Assembly: GCA_018992685.1 (NCBI GenBank) | Contig: JACVGT010000003.1 | Location: 96,001-160,000 of the forward strand | Direction of reading: 5' to 3' | Origin: Theionarchaea archaeon | Lineage (GTDB): Archaea > Methanobacteriota_B > Thermococci > Methanofastidiosales > SZ-28-30 | DNA length: 64,000 nt | Shown here: in pieces, positions 1 to 10,332 of the stretch | How the letters are laid out: every line of letters starts with the position of its first letter | How positions within the stretch are numbered: the stretch's first letter is position 1 | Translations under genes and position numbers: made by a program | Notes under the pieces: generated by a model | Seen by the model: only the letters and a program-made list of their open reading frames with translations | Database searches by the model: none | Told to the model about the DNA's origin: nothing

Positions 1-1185
1 AGGACTCTGGATGAACAGTGGAGAGACGTCCTCACTGAAGGAAACAGGCTGCGGCACAGGAAGAACATTCTTGCAGATGAAATCAAAGAGTTGAGAAAGC
101 AGGGAATGGATATTTCTGAGAAGATAGAAGAATCAAAAGCACTTCCACAGAAAATCCGTGATCTGGAAGAAAAAGAGAGGAATCTCAGATCACAAATTCA
201 GCAGTCGATGTTGCAGATACCAAATCTGCTTCATGAATCCGTTCCGTACGGGTTGGACGACACTGAAAATGAAGAAGTGAAACGCTGGGGAACATTGCGG
301 GAATATGATTTTGAACTGAAAAGTCATGTAGACGTCATGGAAGCACTGGGTTTACTCGATACGGAACGAGCAGGCAAGGTAGCAGGATCACGGTTCTTCT
401 ACCTGAAAAATGAGGCAGTTCTCCTGGACATGGCGCTGATTCATGTTGCTCTCCAGCATATGAGATCAAAAGGGTTCAACCTCATGGAAACTCCTTACAT
501 GCTCAACAGGAAATCAGTTGAGGGCTGTGTGGATATGAGTGCTTTTGAAGATGTTTTGTATAAGATTGAGGGTGAAGATTTGTATTTGACCGCCACGTCA
601 GAACATACGTTGGCTGCCTATCATATGGATGAGATTCTTGAAGAAGAAGTGTTGCCTCTGAGATACGCAGGGTTCTCAGCATGCTTCAGAAGGGAAGCCG
701 GGCCCCATGGAAAGGACACGAAGGGGGTGTTCAGAGCCCACCAGTTCAATAAAGTTGAACAGTTTGTATTCTGCACACCACAGCAATCATGGGATGAGCA
801 CGAGAAGCTTGTCCAGAATGCAGAAGAAATCTTCCAGAAACTGGAACTGCCGTACCGGGTGGTCAATGTGTGCACAGGGGACCTTGGGGGAGTTGCAGCT
901 AAGAAATATGATATTGAAGCGTGGATGCCAAAACAGGAAACATTCAGAGAGGTCGTATCCTGCAGTAACTGTACTGATTATCAGGCAAGGGAGCTCAATG
1001 TGAGGTTCAGAACTCCTGAAGGGAATGAGTTTGTCCACACCCTGAACAGTACTGCTCTGGCTACATCGAGGGCCCTGGTGGCCATCTTTGAGAATTACCA
1101 GCAGGAAGATGGCTCGGTGATAGTCCCCAGCGTGCTCAGGGATCTGGTGGGCTGCGACGTACTCACGCCGCCTGAAGGAACATGA
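1..1185 (+). CDS. serS: Seryl-tRNA synthetase (5' end outside window)
   Basis: Frame open from base 1; class II motifs LTATSE, FRREAG, FRAHQFNKVE, EVVSCSNCTDYQAR, HTLNST. Confidence 0.97.
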   Translation, partial: RTLDEQWRDVLTEGNRLRHRKNILADEIKELRKQGMDISEKIEESKALPQKIRDLEEKERNLRSQIQQSMLQIPNLLHESVPYGLDDTENEEVKRWGTLREYDFELKSHVDVMEALGLLDTERAGKVAGSRFFYLKNEAVLLDMALIHVALQHMRSKGFNLMETPYMLNRKSVEGCVDMSAFEDVLYKIEGEDLYLTATSEHTLAAYHMDEILEEEVLPLRYAGFSACFRREAGPHGKDTKGVFRAHQFNKVEQFVFCTPQQSWDEHEKLVQNAEEIFQKLELPYRVVNVCTGDLGGVAAKKYDIEAWMPKQETFREVVSCSNCTDYQARELNVRFRTPEGNEFVHTLNSTALATSRALVAIFENYQQEDGSVIVPSVLRDLVGCDVLTPPEGT

Positions 1186-1535
1186 ACACATTCTATTGTG
1201 AACCAATAACTGTCACCTTTGCCAGTGAACCGCTCCTGGAAAAGAAACCCGGCCCCCCCTCAGCCTTTGTGTGGAGAGAAACTCGTTACAGCGTTACCGC
1301 AGTGCTCAAGATGTGGCACGACTACAGCGTTCGTGGAACACTCCAGTCTTTCTATAATGAGAAGAGAGGTAATGCTCCTGAGATGACTCAGCGTGAGAGA
1401 GGCTCCTGGGGAGTGGGGAGAGACTACTACCGGGTTGAGACCGACTCTGGCGAAATCTTCGACGTCTATTATGACCGAGCCCCGAGAAAGCACACAAAAG
1501 GGGAGTGGATACTGCTCAGGAAAGTGGGGCCATGA
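1182..1535 (+). CDS. DUF6504-like small beta-sheet protein
   Basis: PSAFVWR...W...GRDYYRVETDSGEIFDVYYD...W pattern; ATGA overlap with serS stop. Confidence 0.7.
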   Translation: MNTFYCEPITVTFASEPLLEKKPGPPSAFVWRETRYSVTAVLKMWHDYSVRGTLQSFYNEKRGNAPEMTQRERGSWGVGRDYYRVETDSGEIFDVYYDRAPRKHTKGEWILLRKVGP

Positions 1536-1649
1536 ATTCTGAAGTCTTCTCAAGGTCATGTGGGGAACACGCTCGGAAAGGCCTGGACTCAATGAAAACA
1601 TTTATTAACCCCAGATCAATCACAGGGACAGTAGCATGAGGTTGTAACA

Positions 1650-1871
1650 ATGAACGACATAGAGTGGGAAAATATATTTCAGGATGAAGAGACTCTCCTC
1701 AAGGTGTCAGCCCTCTCTTACTTGGGACTAGCCCTGTACTTGTCTTTGAGGAAGAAATCACCTCCCAGGAAGGTGCAACCTCCTCCAGAAGAGCGACCCA
1801 AGAAGAGACCCCTTACTCTGAGTGAAATGATTGCAAAGATGATTGAAGAAACATATGGGGTTCAGAAATAG
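1650..1871 (+). CDS. Small single-TM hypothetical protein
   Basis: GAGGT RBS, hydrophobic stretch followed by basic/Pro-rich tail. Confidence 0.55.
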   Translation: MNDIEWENIFQDEETLLKVSALSYLGLALYLSLRKKSPPRKVQPPPEERPKKRPLTLSEMIAKMIEETYGVQK

Positions 1872-2129
1872 GCTCCTTGTCAGATAGAAGCTTTCTTCAG
1901 AGTACCGTATCACCGATCTCTTGCCCCGGGGCTGCCACCGCCATTGCCTATATTATATGTGATTTTTCTACAAATACACTCTTGAAAGTACGTCATTAAT
2001 CATACCCTGTTGATATCGCTGCACAATCTTTATATGTCCCGATGCTATGAGCGCCATGAGCGAGAGGCAGGTATTGCAGGAGACCTGTTCTCCTCGAATC
2101 AATGCCGAGAAGGCTAAGGAGTATGAGAA

Positions 2130-3122
2130 ATGAGCAAAGTACGTTCCATAATCTTGCTGCTCGTGGGAGTCAGTATCCTCTTCCTGATGGTGCATCTTGC
2201 GGGAGCTGCTGACGTTGCAGATGTTCTGAGAAAGGCAGATGTCTCCTTTTTCGCACTGGCGTTACTGTGCGAAGGACTAGCGATTCTTCTGTGGGCATTT
2301 CGATGGAGAATCCTCCTGAGTCCCTTCAAGTCGGTGTCTCTGAGGAACACAGCCAAAGGGATCCTCATTGGAGTGTTTTTCAACAACATAACTCCCGTAG
2401 CCAGAGCGGGTGGAGAACCTTTCAGAGCATACTACATGGAGAAAAAAGAAGGTGTTCCCCTTGAGGATGCTTTTGCCACAGTGACTATTGATCGTATTCT
2501 GGACAGCGTTCCTTTCATGGTTATCATCACCGCCTCTCTTGCCTACTTTGTGATTCTTCTGGACATCAGTCTCAGAATAACTATAATTTTGTGTGTGGCC
2601 CTGTTCCTTAATTTAATGTTACTATCAGTGGTTCTGTACTTTTCTTTCAATTTGAAGGCAGCCAAGAAATTGATGTTTTCTATATTGCGATTTGTGGCCC
2701 ATTTCTCTAATAGACTGGAGAAGTATGAGAGCAGGATTGAGGCTGCAGTGGAACAATACCATGAAGCGGTGAGGACGCTTTCTTCACAGGGCGGGGATTT
2801 GATGAAATCTCTTTCGATATCATTTGGGTTTTGGCTTCTCATGATCTTGAGAAACTACATGATCGTTTTGGCCCTTGGTTATAAGATTAATTTCATGGTT
2901 ATCATGGTTATACAAGCCATGAGTATTCTTGTCGGGATTGTTCCCTTCCTTCCAGGAGGATTGGGGTCTATTGATGGAATTATGGTTTTCCTGTTCATGT
3001 CGTTCAAGTTCCCAGCAGCGGCTGCAGTGACTGTTTCTCTTTTGGATCGATTTGTCAGTTTCTGGATGATGATGGGTGTGGGAGCAGTTGTGGTATTTGT
3101 GGAGCGGCAGTACTTGAAATAG
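2130..3122 (+). CDS. UPF0104/AglD2 (LPG synthase TM-domain) flippase-like membrane protein
   Basis: RWRILL, FNNITP..AGGEPFR, DR, PGGLG..DG motifs; multiple TM helices. Confidence 0.9.
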   Translation: MSKVRSIILLLVGVSILFLMVHLAGAADVADVLRKADVSFFALALLCEGLAILLWAFRWRILLSPFKSVSLRNTAKGILIGVFFNNITPVARAGGEPFRAYYMEKKEGVPLEDAFATVTIDRILDSVPFMVIITASLAYFVILLDISLRITIILCVALFLNLMLLSVVLYFSFNLKAAKKLMFSILRFVAHFSNRLEKYESRIEAAVEQYHEAVRTLSSQGGDLMKSLSISFGFWLLMILRNYMIVLALGYKINFMVIMVIQAMSILVGIVPFLPGGLGSIDGIMVFLFMSFKFPAAAAVTVSLLDRFVSFWMMMGVGAVVVFVERQYLK

Positions 3123-3203
3123 CGAACTGAAAGGTATCATCTTGAGTGGCAGAAGAGTGCTGGAACGACTATTGCATCAGTGTTATGTAGGGTTGGACAG
3201 CTC

Positions 3204-4178
3204 TCAACCTCTTTGAGATGATTTTTCCCTCTTTTCAGATTCTGGATTGCTCTCTCCTGAGAACGTCACATTGAGATGATCCACTTCCCCGAGTCTTTTC
3301 AAGACTCGCAATGCTCTCAATGTAATCCACTTTGAGGGCTTTCCTCGCTCCCCCAACAATTCAAACTTCTTGGGATATGTTCTCTCAAGAATCCACCTGC
3401 CTTCAGCCTGCTTTGATCGTACGAGGGTCACAGACTCATCCATTCTCTCGTCTCTTACACCCAGTTCTGTAAGAACGTCAAGTACATCCAGAACATCAGA
3501 TTGCCAGAACAGTGGAAAGGCAAACCGCGTCCAGGAAGGTTTCTTGGTTCTCTCCCCCTGAGCATCTCTTCGATACCAGTATATTCGATTCTCAAGATAC
3601 AGTTCAGCATTGCGCTCGATGACCTCTCTTACCTGTCTTGTGACCAGTGTAGATGGGAGCTTGGCAAGGGCAGAAAGAGCCTTGATACCCCCCATATAAC
3701 ATGCTGTTGGAATCACCTTGTCTTTCTCCAGAGGATACCACGCACAGGACCAGTCTTCCCCGGCACCAATGAGAAAATCAAGGGCTTTGTGCAGTCGTGA
3801 ATCTGCTTCGTATCCGAACAAGAGAAGAAATTTCATGATTATTCCAGTGAGGCAGAATTCATCTGTCAACCATTCCTTTTTCTTCCTGCTGGCAGCAGAG
3901 CTGAAGGATCCATCTTCCAATTGAAAGCTGAAGACGAATTCCAGCGCTTTCTCGATGCGTGGATCTCTCTCAAATCCCAGTTCAGACAGCAGCAATAGCT
4001 GGAACACGCTATTCTTATAGCCCCAGAGTCGTCGTGGATTTCCCCACGATCCCTGTTCATCTTGCAAGGAAAGGATCTTCATGACTGCTTCCTGACGGGT
4101 GATCAGCTGCCGCGATCTCTGAACTCTTGGATCGTGTTCTGGGATATCCAGTAGGTCCCTCAAGGTCCAATATTGCAC
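3204..4178 (-). CDS. (alpha/alpha)-barrel prenyltransferase/squalene-cyclase-repeat protein
   Basis: QW-like repeats (LSLQDEQGSW, FQLEDGSF), FAFPLFWQSDVL, GKPSKWITLRALRVL; true start uncertain (see findings). Confidence 0.75.
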   Translation of the reverse strand: MQYWTLRDLLDIPEHDPRVQRSRQLITRQEAVMKILSLQDEQGSWGNPRRLWGYKNSVFQLLLLSELGFERDPRIEKALEFVFSFQLEDGSFSSAASRKKKEWLTDEFCLTGIIMKFLLLFGYEADSRLHKALDFLIGAGEDWSCAWYPLEKDKVIPTACYMGGIKALSALAKLPSTLVTRQVREVIERNAELYLENRIYWYRRDAQGERTKKPSWTRFAFPLFWQSDVLDVLDVLTELGVRDERMDESVTLVRSKQAEGRWILERTYPKKFELLGERGKPSKWITLRALRVLKRLGEVDHLNVTFSGESNPESEKREKSSQRG

Positions 4179-4393
4179 AGCTGGATTTGAATCAGAGAGG
4201 AGCAGTCACATTCATACAATTATTCCAGCTACCGCCTTTAAATAGCTTCTTCCGTCATCCGTCATCACGAGAATCTCTTGTATATCTGATGACGTGTGTT
4301 CCTGCCACGAATTGATCCTCCAGATGCCTGCACAGCAGTCATATCACGAGTATCAATCCATAGGTTTTTATTTCTCCTCGAGATGGTAAAGAA

Positions 4394-4921
4394 ATGCAGC
4401 ATGAAATTTCGGGAGAGCTGTTCCAGTGGATCAGAATTGACATTTCCTCAGAAAGCGTGTGGGGAAACCGCCATTACCTCCTGTGTAAGAGTGAGGAAAT
4501 CCAGAACAGGGGGGAGAATGTTTTCTTTGGGACTGGATGGATCGTCTTCGCAGGGAACGGAAAAATCAAAGAGTTCTACCTCCATGCTGCAGACAGCTTG
4601 ATCTTCAATAGCGCCAGCCTTTTAGCGTCAGATGTCACTGCAAACCAGACATCTTTATCCACTTCTTATCTGTCACTGGTAAAAGTCTCTGGCCCAGGAG
4701 TGGTATTTGCACACGGCAAAGACTTTGCAGAATTCTATCTTGAGGAATCTGAATTCATCGAAGCCAGGACAGATTGTATTGCCGCCATGGATGACAGTGT
4801 CACTTTTGAACTGGGAGCCAAAACCTCAGTGCTATCGGGGCCAGGAGCTGTTCTGCTGGATTGTGGATTCTCTGAGAAGGAGGAGGAATCAAAACCCTAC
4901 ACTTTTTTTGATCAAGTATGA
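4394..4921 (+). CDS. AIM24-family protein
   Basis: GELFQ start, VSGPGVVFAHG and LSGPGAVLL repeats. Confidence 0.7.
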   Translation: MQHEISGELFQWIRIDISSESVWGNRHYLLCKSEEIQNRGENVFFGTGWIVFAGNGKIKEFYLHAADSLIFNSASLLASDVTANQTSLSTSYLSLVKVSGPGVVFAHGKDFAEFYLEESEFIEARTDCIAAMDDSVTFELGAKTSVLSGPGAVLLDCGFSEKEEESKPYTFFDQV

Positions 4922-5850
4922 TTCAGAAGCTGGCAAAGACATATGGATATAGACAGGAGATTCTTGAAAGGTACTGTGAACTCTTTGGCGATGATATCGA
5001 ACTGTTCCTGAAGGCGAACGAGGCAGAGCCTCGGACATACATCAGAAGCAATTCGCTGAAGATTTCATCTTCTGAGCTGGAACAACGGTTATTGAAAAGG
5101 GGAGTGCAGTTGCGAGAGGTTGAACATGGGTTTCTCATTGAAAGATCCCCTTTTTCAGCAAGCTCCACTCCGGAATATTTGTTGGGATACTTTTATATCC
5201 AGGGGATTGCAGAAATGCAGATTGCACCTTTGTTACATCCCGAAGATGTGGTTATTGATATGTGCGCAGCACCGGGCGGAAAGACAACCCATTTAGCACA
5301 ATTAATGAGGAACGAGGGAGTCATATTAGCCCTGGATGTGAATGAGGAAAAAATAAAAGCGTTGAAGGCCAACATTCAGAGGATGGGAGTTACAAATACC
5401 ATCGTGTATGCTGTGAGTGCTCTTGATTTTTCCTACACGTGTTCCCGGATCTTGCTGGACGCTCCCTGTACAGGGTCGGGCATAATCAGAAAAGATCCCA
5501 CCCGAAAGTATTCACGGGGTTCCACAGATATTGCCTTTTGTTCGAGGCTGCAGAGGGATTTGCTCAGAAAGGGTGTGGAATCCCTGGTTCCTGGTGGCAT
5601 CCTGCTCTATTCAACCTGCAGTCTGGAACCAGAAGAGAACGAGATGGTCATTGATTGGTCACTGAGAGAACTTCCCGTCGTTGTGGAACCTCTTGAATTT
5701 ACCGTCAATGGGGTTTCTGCGGCAGAAGGCATCACCAGCCCCTTTGGCATGGTCCTTCACAGAGACATCAGGAAATGCAGGAGAATCTTCCCTCATGTTC
5801 ATGACAGTAACGGGATGTTTGTGGCACGGCTGAGAAAGTGTCATGACTGA
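4918..5850 (+). CDS. NOL1/NOP2/Sun RNA m5C methyltransferase
   Basis: DMCAAPGGKT, LLDAPCTGSG, YSTCSL..EENE. Confidence 0.95.
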   Translation: MIQKLAKTYGYRQEILERYCELFGDDIELFLKANEAEPRTYIRSNSLKISSSELEQRLLKRGVQLREVEHGFLIERSPFSASSTPEYLLGYFYIQGIAEMQIAPLLHPEDVVIDMCAAPGGKTTHLAQLMRNEGVILALDVNEEKIKALKANIQRMGVTNTIVYAVSALDFSYTCSRILLDAPCTGSGIIRKDPTRKYSRGSTDIAFCSRLQRDLLRKGVESLVPGGILLYSTCSLEPEENEMVIDWSLRELPVVVEPLEFTVNGVSAAEGITSPFGMVLHRDIRKCRRIFPHVHDSNGMFVARLRKCHD

Positions 5851-5925
5851 AGGTAAAAAGGTGGGAGGGCCGATTTCTCATTCAGGCGGGGAATGATTTT
5901 TAAACAGTGACTGCATCACCTTTCC

Positions 5926-6273
5926 ATGTATGAAGCAGGTCTCACCTATGCTCTGGTGGCTGGATTTACAGCTACGGTACTCATGTTGTACGCTGTGGAG
6001 AAGAGAGATGACCGTCTCTTTGTGTTTTCCCTGATGTTCCTGATCATTTCATGGAGTGGTATTGAATGGGCTCTGTGGCTGGAGGGGTGGAACTTGTTTG
6101 AGATGGTATTCACACCCATTGTTCCTTTGGCCAGCTTCTTTGTGGGTTGGACCCTCTTTGTGATATATGTAGCAGAGAAGTATTTCAAGAGGCGATACTG
6201 GATTACTTTCTTGATAGTTCTGGGATTCTTCACCTGGGTGTCCACATTCTGCATGAACTGTCTTGCTGATTAA
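5926..6273 (+). CDS. Small 4-TM membrane protein with C-terminal CxxC
   Basis: Hydrophobic helices; TATA-like TTTTAAA ~25 nt upstream; ends FCMNCLAD. Confidence 0.7.
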   Translation: MYEAGLTYALVAGFTATVLMLYAVEKRDDRLFVFSLMFLIISWSGIEWALWLEGWNLFEMVFTPIVPLASFFVGWTLFVIYVAEKYFKRRYWITFLIVLGFFTWVSTFCMNCLAD

Positions 6274-6300
6274 GTGCATTCCTGTTCTTGAATTGTTGCT

Positions 6301-6912
6301 TCAGAAGATCTTACTGATTTCTGATGCAATTGCTTCTTTCACATTGGGCAGCTCTCTGTTTGCGTCAATTTCAATCCATTTTTTCCCCAGAAAAGACTCC
6401 TGGCACAACCTGTCATACACGTGAACGACCTTCCCAAGGAAGGCAGTGTCAGCTTCGTGCCTGTCAAGTTCATCTTTCTGTCTTTTCTTCCGTATTCTTC
6501 CAATATTTGGAGGGACTCTCAAGTAGAACACGATATCTGGAAGTACAACTTCCAGGAGTCTGACGATGGTTTTGGCCTTTTCATAGTCGAGCCCATGGGC
6601 ACACTGAAAAGCAATTGTTGATGTAATGTATCGGTCAGCCAATACAACTTTACCTGACTTCAGGTGTCCCCTGATATCTGATTGATCCTTTAGTATGTCT
6701 GCAGCGTACGTTAGAAATTGTACAGAAGGAGAGAGATGTTTCTCCCCCAGAAGGAACTCCTCAATGACTCTCCCCCACGGACTTTCATAATCGGGGTAGT
6801 GGTAGGTTTCTGTCAGGATGCCTCTGGATTCTAATAGTTCATGGGCGTAAGTACACACGGTTTGTTTTCCTGATCCATCTATACCTTCAAAGGCCAGAAA
6901 GGTTCTACTCAT
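6301..6912 (-). CDS. tmk: Thymidylate kinase
   Basis: FEGIDGSGKQT P-loop, DRY.. motif, PD motif. Confidence 0.92.
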   Translation of the reverse strand: MSRTFLAFEGIDGSGKQTVCTYAHELLESRGILTETYHYPDYESPWGRVIEEFLLGEKHLSPSVQFLTYAADILKDQSDIRGHLKSGKVVLADRYITSTIAFQCAHGLDYEKAKTIVRLLEVVLPDIVFYLRVPPNIGRIRKKRQKDELDRHEADTAFLGKVVHVYDRLCQESFLGKKWIEIDANRELPNVKEAIASEISKIF

Positions 6913-7077
6913 GGTGCAGATATTGTCTGAGCATAAAAAGGATTTCCTTTGACGAGAGTTCCCATCAGATATGTTGGGACCTCAGTAATCATGAAAGACA
7001 CTCATAGAGAGGCACATGAATAGAGGGGGAGGACCTGACGGAGCAAATTTATAAGGGTTCCTGTACTGTAGCATCTC

Positions 7078-8817
7078 ATGAATGTCAAAGCGATTGGTTT
7101 GGTAGTATTTCTACTTATAGCGTGTTCACACTCTGTTAATTCGCAGGGATATCAGGTGATGAATGCCTTTATTGAGACAGAGAGTGGAAAGCGCACAGTA
7201 GAAATCCGGTTTACCCCTGGAAATCAGGAGTGGGCAAAAGATATTTTCAATACGGTAAGAAAAGGGTTTCCGCTTCTAGAAGAACACATTGGGGTCCCTT
7301 GTCCTGTCGACTGGGACATTAAGATCATTGAGGCCAGCAGTCTTAAACAAGGGGTTGGAGGCGTCAACAGAGGTCCTGATGGCATCGAAGTTCCTGCTGA
7401 CACATCGCCAGGAGTGATAATCCATGAACTATCCCACTACTGGTTCGGGCAGCAGCCTTCCCTCAGGTGGAGCAATTGGGTGCTGGAAGGGTTTCCCGAA
7501 GCATATTCGGTATCTGTCCTGAAAGAGTTGGGACATTCTGAGGCCTACTCCTTGTGGTATGGCAGACTGGATCAATACGAAGAAGCCAGAGCAGCTATTG
7601 GAGACCTGCCCTTGAATGAAGTGGGATACACACCTAATTTTGAAGATCCCCGGGTCAGCATGCTGTACAGCAAGGCCATGGTATTCAGCACGTGGATGAT
7701 CTTGTACTTTGGGGAAGAGACCATGCACACAATTAATCAAAGAGTTATCTTTGAGAACCCCCTCTATTCTGAGGATTACCAGGCTATTGTTGAAGAGATT
7801 ACTGGAGAGGATCTAGACTGGCTGTTTTCAGGATGGGTCTACCAGGGCGATTACTTCTATCAGAAGGAAAAGGTGTCTTTCCGGTGGTTTGCAGGTGATG
7901 GAGACAACGATGGGATCAGTACTCTGGAGGAAATAAGGGCAGGCACTTCCCCGTTGGTGGGAGATACTGACGAGGACGGACTGCCAGATGGATATGAAGC
8001 ACTGATCAAGACTGATCCAAACAGCAAGGACACAGACAATGACGGACTTGAAGACGCGGAAGAGGTCTTGGTTAACATGGATGGGAAAAACACTGAATGG
8101 GGAGAACCCGTCCTCTCCGATGGGGAAGGTGGAAGCTCTCTTTCAGAGTCTCAGGACATCAGAGGACTTTATGCTGCTGCTGATAAGAGATACCTCTACT
8201 TTATGATAGAAATGGACAGCCCTTCAACAGTGTATCACACTGGCATACGGATTGATGTGGACAATGATGAGAAGACTGATTTCATCTTCTTCAGAGTGTA
8301 CGATAACCTTTACTTGAGTATCTGGGAAGAAGGAGAGTGGGTGGAGACTATTGCAGATCCTTCTCTCCTGAAGGGAACCTTCATGGTGGTGGACACGGTA
8401 ATGGAAATCAGGATACCGCGGAGAATGAGCCAGGTCACCTTTCCTGATACCTTCTCCGTGTGGGCGTACGAGTTCTCGGTCGTGGAAGGTGAGGTTGGAG
8501 ACAAGACTTCCACAGTGACTCTTTCTGTAGATGAACTGGTGCAGGACACGAGCAGCCCATTGAATCCAGATACAGATAGAGATGGGTTGCTGGACGGTGA
8601 AGATCCTAATCCTTTGGTTCCGTCTCCAGAGATATCATCCCCCGAGACTCCCTCAGCACCTCAGGAAGAGGAAGCACCACTCGAACCTCAGCCCTCAGAA
8701 TCCCCAGTACAGACTTCAGAACCACCCACAGCAGAATCCCCTCAGGAGACACCCCTTGCAGGGTGGGCTGCGGTTGCAGGAATGATTCTTTTCTTACGCT
8801 TCTTGAGAGCACGGTAG
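7078..8817 (+). CDS. Secreted gluzincin (M1-like) metallopeptidase with DxDxDG Ca-binding repeats and C-terminal anchor
   Basis: Signal peptide; HELSHYWFG...EGF; DGDNDG/DTDEDG/DTDNDG/DTDRDG; P/S/E-rich linker; terminal TM plus Arg tail. Confidence 0.8.
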   Translation: MNVKAIGLVVFLLIACSHSVNSQGYQVMNAFIETESGKRTVEIRFTPGNQEWAKDIFNTVRKGFPLLEEHIGVPCPVDWDIKIIEASSLKQGVGGVNRGPDGIEVPADTSPGVIIHELSHYWFGQQPSLRWSNWVLEGFPEAYSVSVLKELGHSEAYSLWYGRLDQYEEARAAIGDLPLNEVGYTPNFEDPRVSMLYSKAMVFSTWMILYFGEETMHTINQRVIFENPLYSEDYQAIVEEITGEDLDWLFSGWVYQGDYFYQKEKVSFRWFAGDGDNDGISTLEEIRAGTSPLVGDTDEDGLPDGYEALIKTDPNSKDTDNDGLEDAEEVLVNMDGKNTEWGEPVLSDGEGGSSLSESQDIRGLYAAADKRYLYFMIEMDSPSTVYHTGIRIDVDNDEKTDFIFFRVYDNLYLSIWEEGEWVETIADPSLLKGTFMVVDTVMEIRIPRRMSQVTFPDTFSVWAYEFSVVEGEVGDKTSTVTLSVDELVQDTSSPLNPDTDRDGLLDGEDPNPLVPSPEISSPETPSAPQEEEAPLEPQPSESPVQTSEPPTAESPQETPLAGWAAVAGMILFLRFLRAR

Positions 8818-8950
8818 CAGCGTTCACACTCTGTTTTTTTATGAGCTTCTGGAGAGTCAGAAGCTCACTCCTTCGTTCTTTTTTTCGAGATTTCTTACTA
8901 CATTACTGGTAAGAAAGCCAGTCAGTCTCCTGAGAAAGACGTGATCTTTC

Positions 8951-8965
8951 CGAAAGACTTATAAA
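8951..8965 (+). promoter_or_regulatory. BRE/TATA promoter of wHTH gene
   Basis: CGAAAGACTTATAAA upstream of 9035. Confidence 0.55.
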
Positions 8966-9034
8966 CTATCTCACTAGTTGGTAGTTTAGCTAAACACGCT
9001 GACTGGAGCTTGGATTAAGGAAATAAATTCAAAA

Positions 9035-10030
9035 ATGAAGGTTCTGGTGATCTACATGGGCGAATTATCGCGCCTGAGAAAAACGAGAAACTTTCACAAG
9101 ATATTTGAGCAAATTTTTGAGGTGCCTGGAATACCCATATATGAGATAGCCCAGAAAGTTGGAGTGTCTCGAAATACCGCGTCCAAGTACCTGCAGGAGA
9201 TGTATGAGGATCAAGTTCTTGTAGGACCTCAGCTCAGGCTGCTGCCAACGGTCAACTACAAAGAATTTGTTTATCTAATGAATTTTAAGAATCCTTTTCA
9301 CTTATTTGAGGGATTAAGGGAGTTCCCTCACGTTCTCTATCATGGAATGGCTTTTGGAGACTGGAATGCCATGGTAGTTACTGACCGGCTACTGGATTTT
9401 TCTCAACTGCTCGGGTTTGAGAACACTGTGTACCAGGGGGTACGATATCGATCGTACACTCCCAAGGTGGATCATCTTCTCTGGGAGAAAACATTTCATA
9501 GATGTGCTGATTATATGAAGACCTTTACCAAGAGAAGAGAACACAAGAGTCGGGTCCTGGCCCCTTCACTGGATTGGGGAGAAGATCAGTGGAACATATA
9601 CCAGGCGTTTCGGTTCAATACCAGAAAGACTGTCACTACCACACTGAAAAGAATTGGAGTACGCTATGAGACGTACGTTGCATGGATAGAGAATCTGGAC
9701 TCGCACTGTACGGTTCATGCTGGGTTCTATCCCGAAGGATACGAGACCTACATGACCTACTGCTTCTTGTTCTCAACAGAATATGAACAATCAATAAAGA
9801 CTCTCTTTTCTTTTTTCCCCACTACACCTGTCATCATCGAAGTGGGAGATCAATTGATGGTGTTCGTTAATGTTGCCCTCTCTGGTGTGAATAGAGAGTT
9901 ATTCTGTTCAATCTATGATATGAAAGCCCGGGACATCATACAGGGGTTCAAACAGGCAGTAGCAGTCTTTCATTACCCGCATGCCACACCGTGGAAAAGA
10001 TTTCTTTCAGAAGAGAAGCGTACCCAATAG
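9035..10030 (+). CDS. Tandem winged-HTH (Lrp/AsnC-like) transcriptional regulator (alt. start 9056)
   Basis: IYEIAQKVGVSRNTASKYL HTH; second degenerate HTH half; paralog of 28164-29108. Confidence 0.8.
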   Translation: MKVLVIYMGELSRLRKTRNFHKIFEQIFEVPGIPIYEIAQKVGVSRNTASKYLQEMYEDQVLVGPQLRLLPTVNYKEFVYLMNFKNPFHLFEGLREFPHVLYHGMAFGDWNAMVVTDRLLDFSQLLGFENTVYQGVRYRSYTPKVDHLLWEKTFHRCADYMKTFTKRREHKSRVLAPSLDWGEDQWNIYQAFRFNTRKTVTTTLKRIGVRYETYVAWIENLDSHCTVHAGFYPEGYETYMTYCFLFSTEYEQSIKTLFSFFPTTPVIIEVGDQLMVFVNVALSGVNRELFCSIYDMKARDIIQGFKQAVAVFHYPHATPWKRFLSEEKRTQ

Positions 10031-10332
10031 GCGCGCGTGGCGCTGTCTTCGACATTGTTGCTGTCAGAATAAAGCTCTCAAGCACGGGAATGATTCCACT
10101 CTGAACGATACGGCGCTACATGAAAAGGCTTATAAGACAAAACGAAGAGGGCTTACTGAGCGAAAGCGGAAGGTGAGAAGTGTGCCGAAGGAATCTACTT
10201 TCTCAGATACTCCTCTTTTCGGAGAAGAATCCTGGATTGAACCCCTCAGGATATTCTTTCGATCACCTTCTTACAACCTCTGGATCGTAGCTGGATTTTG
10301 TTACCATTTCTGCTCAGAGAGGAGGTTCTCTA

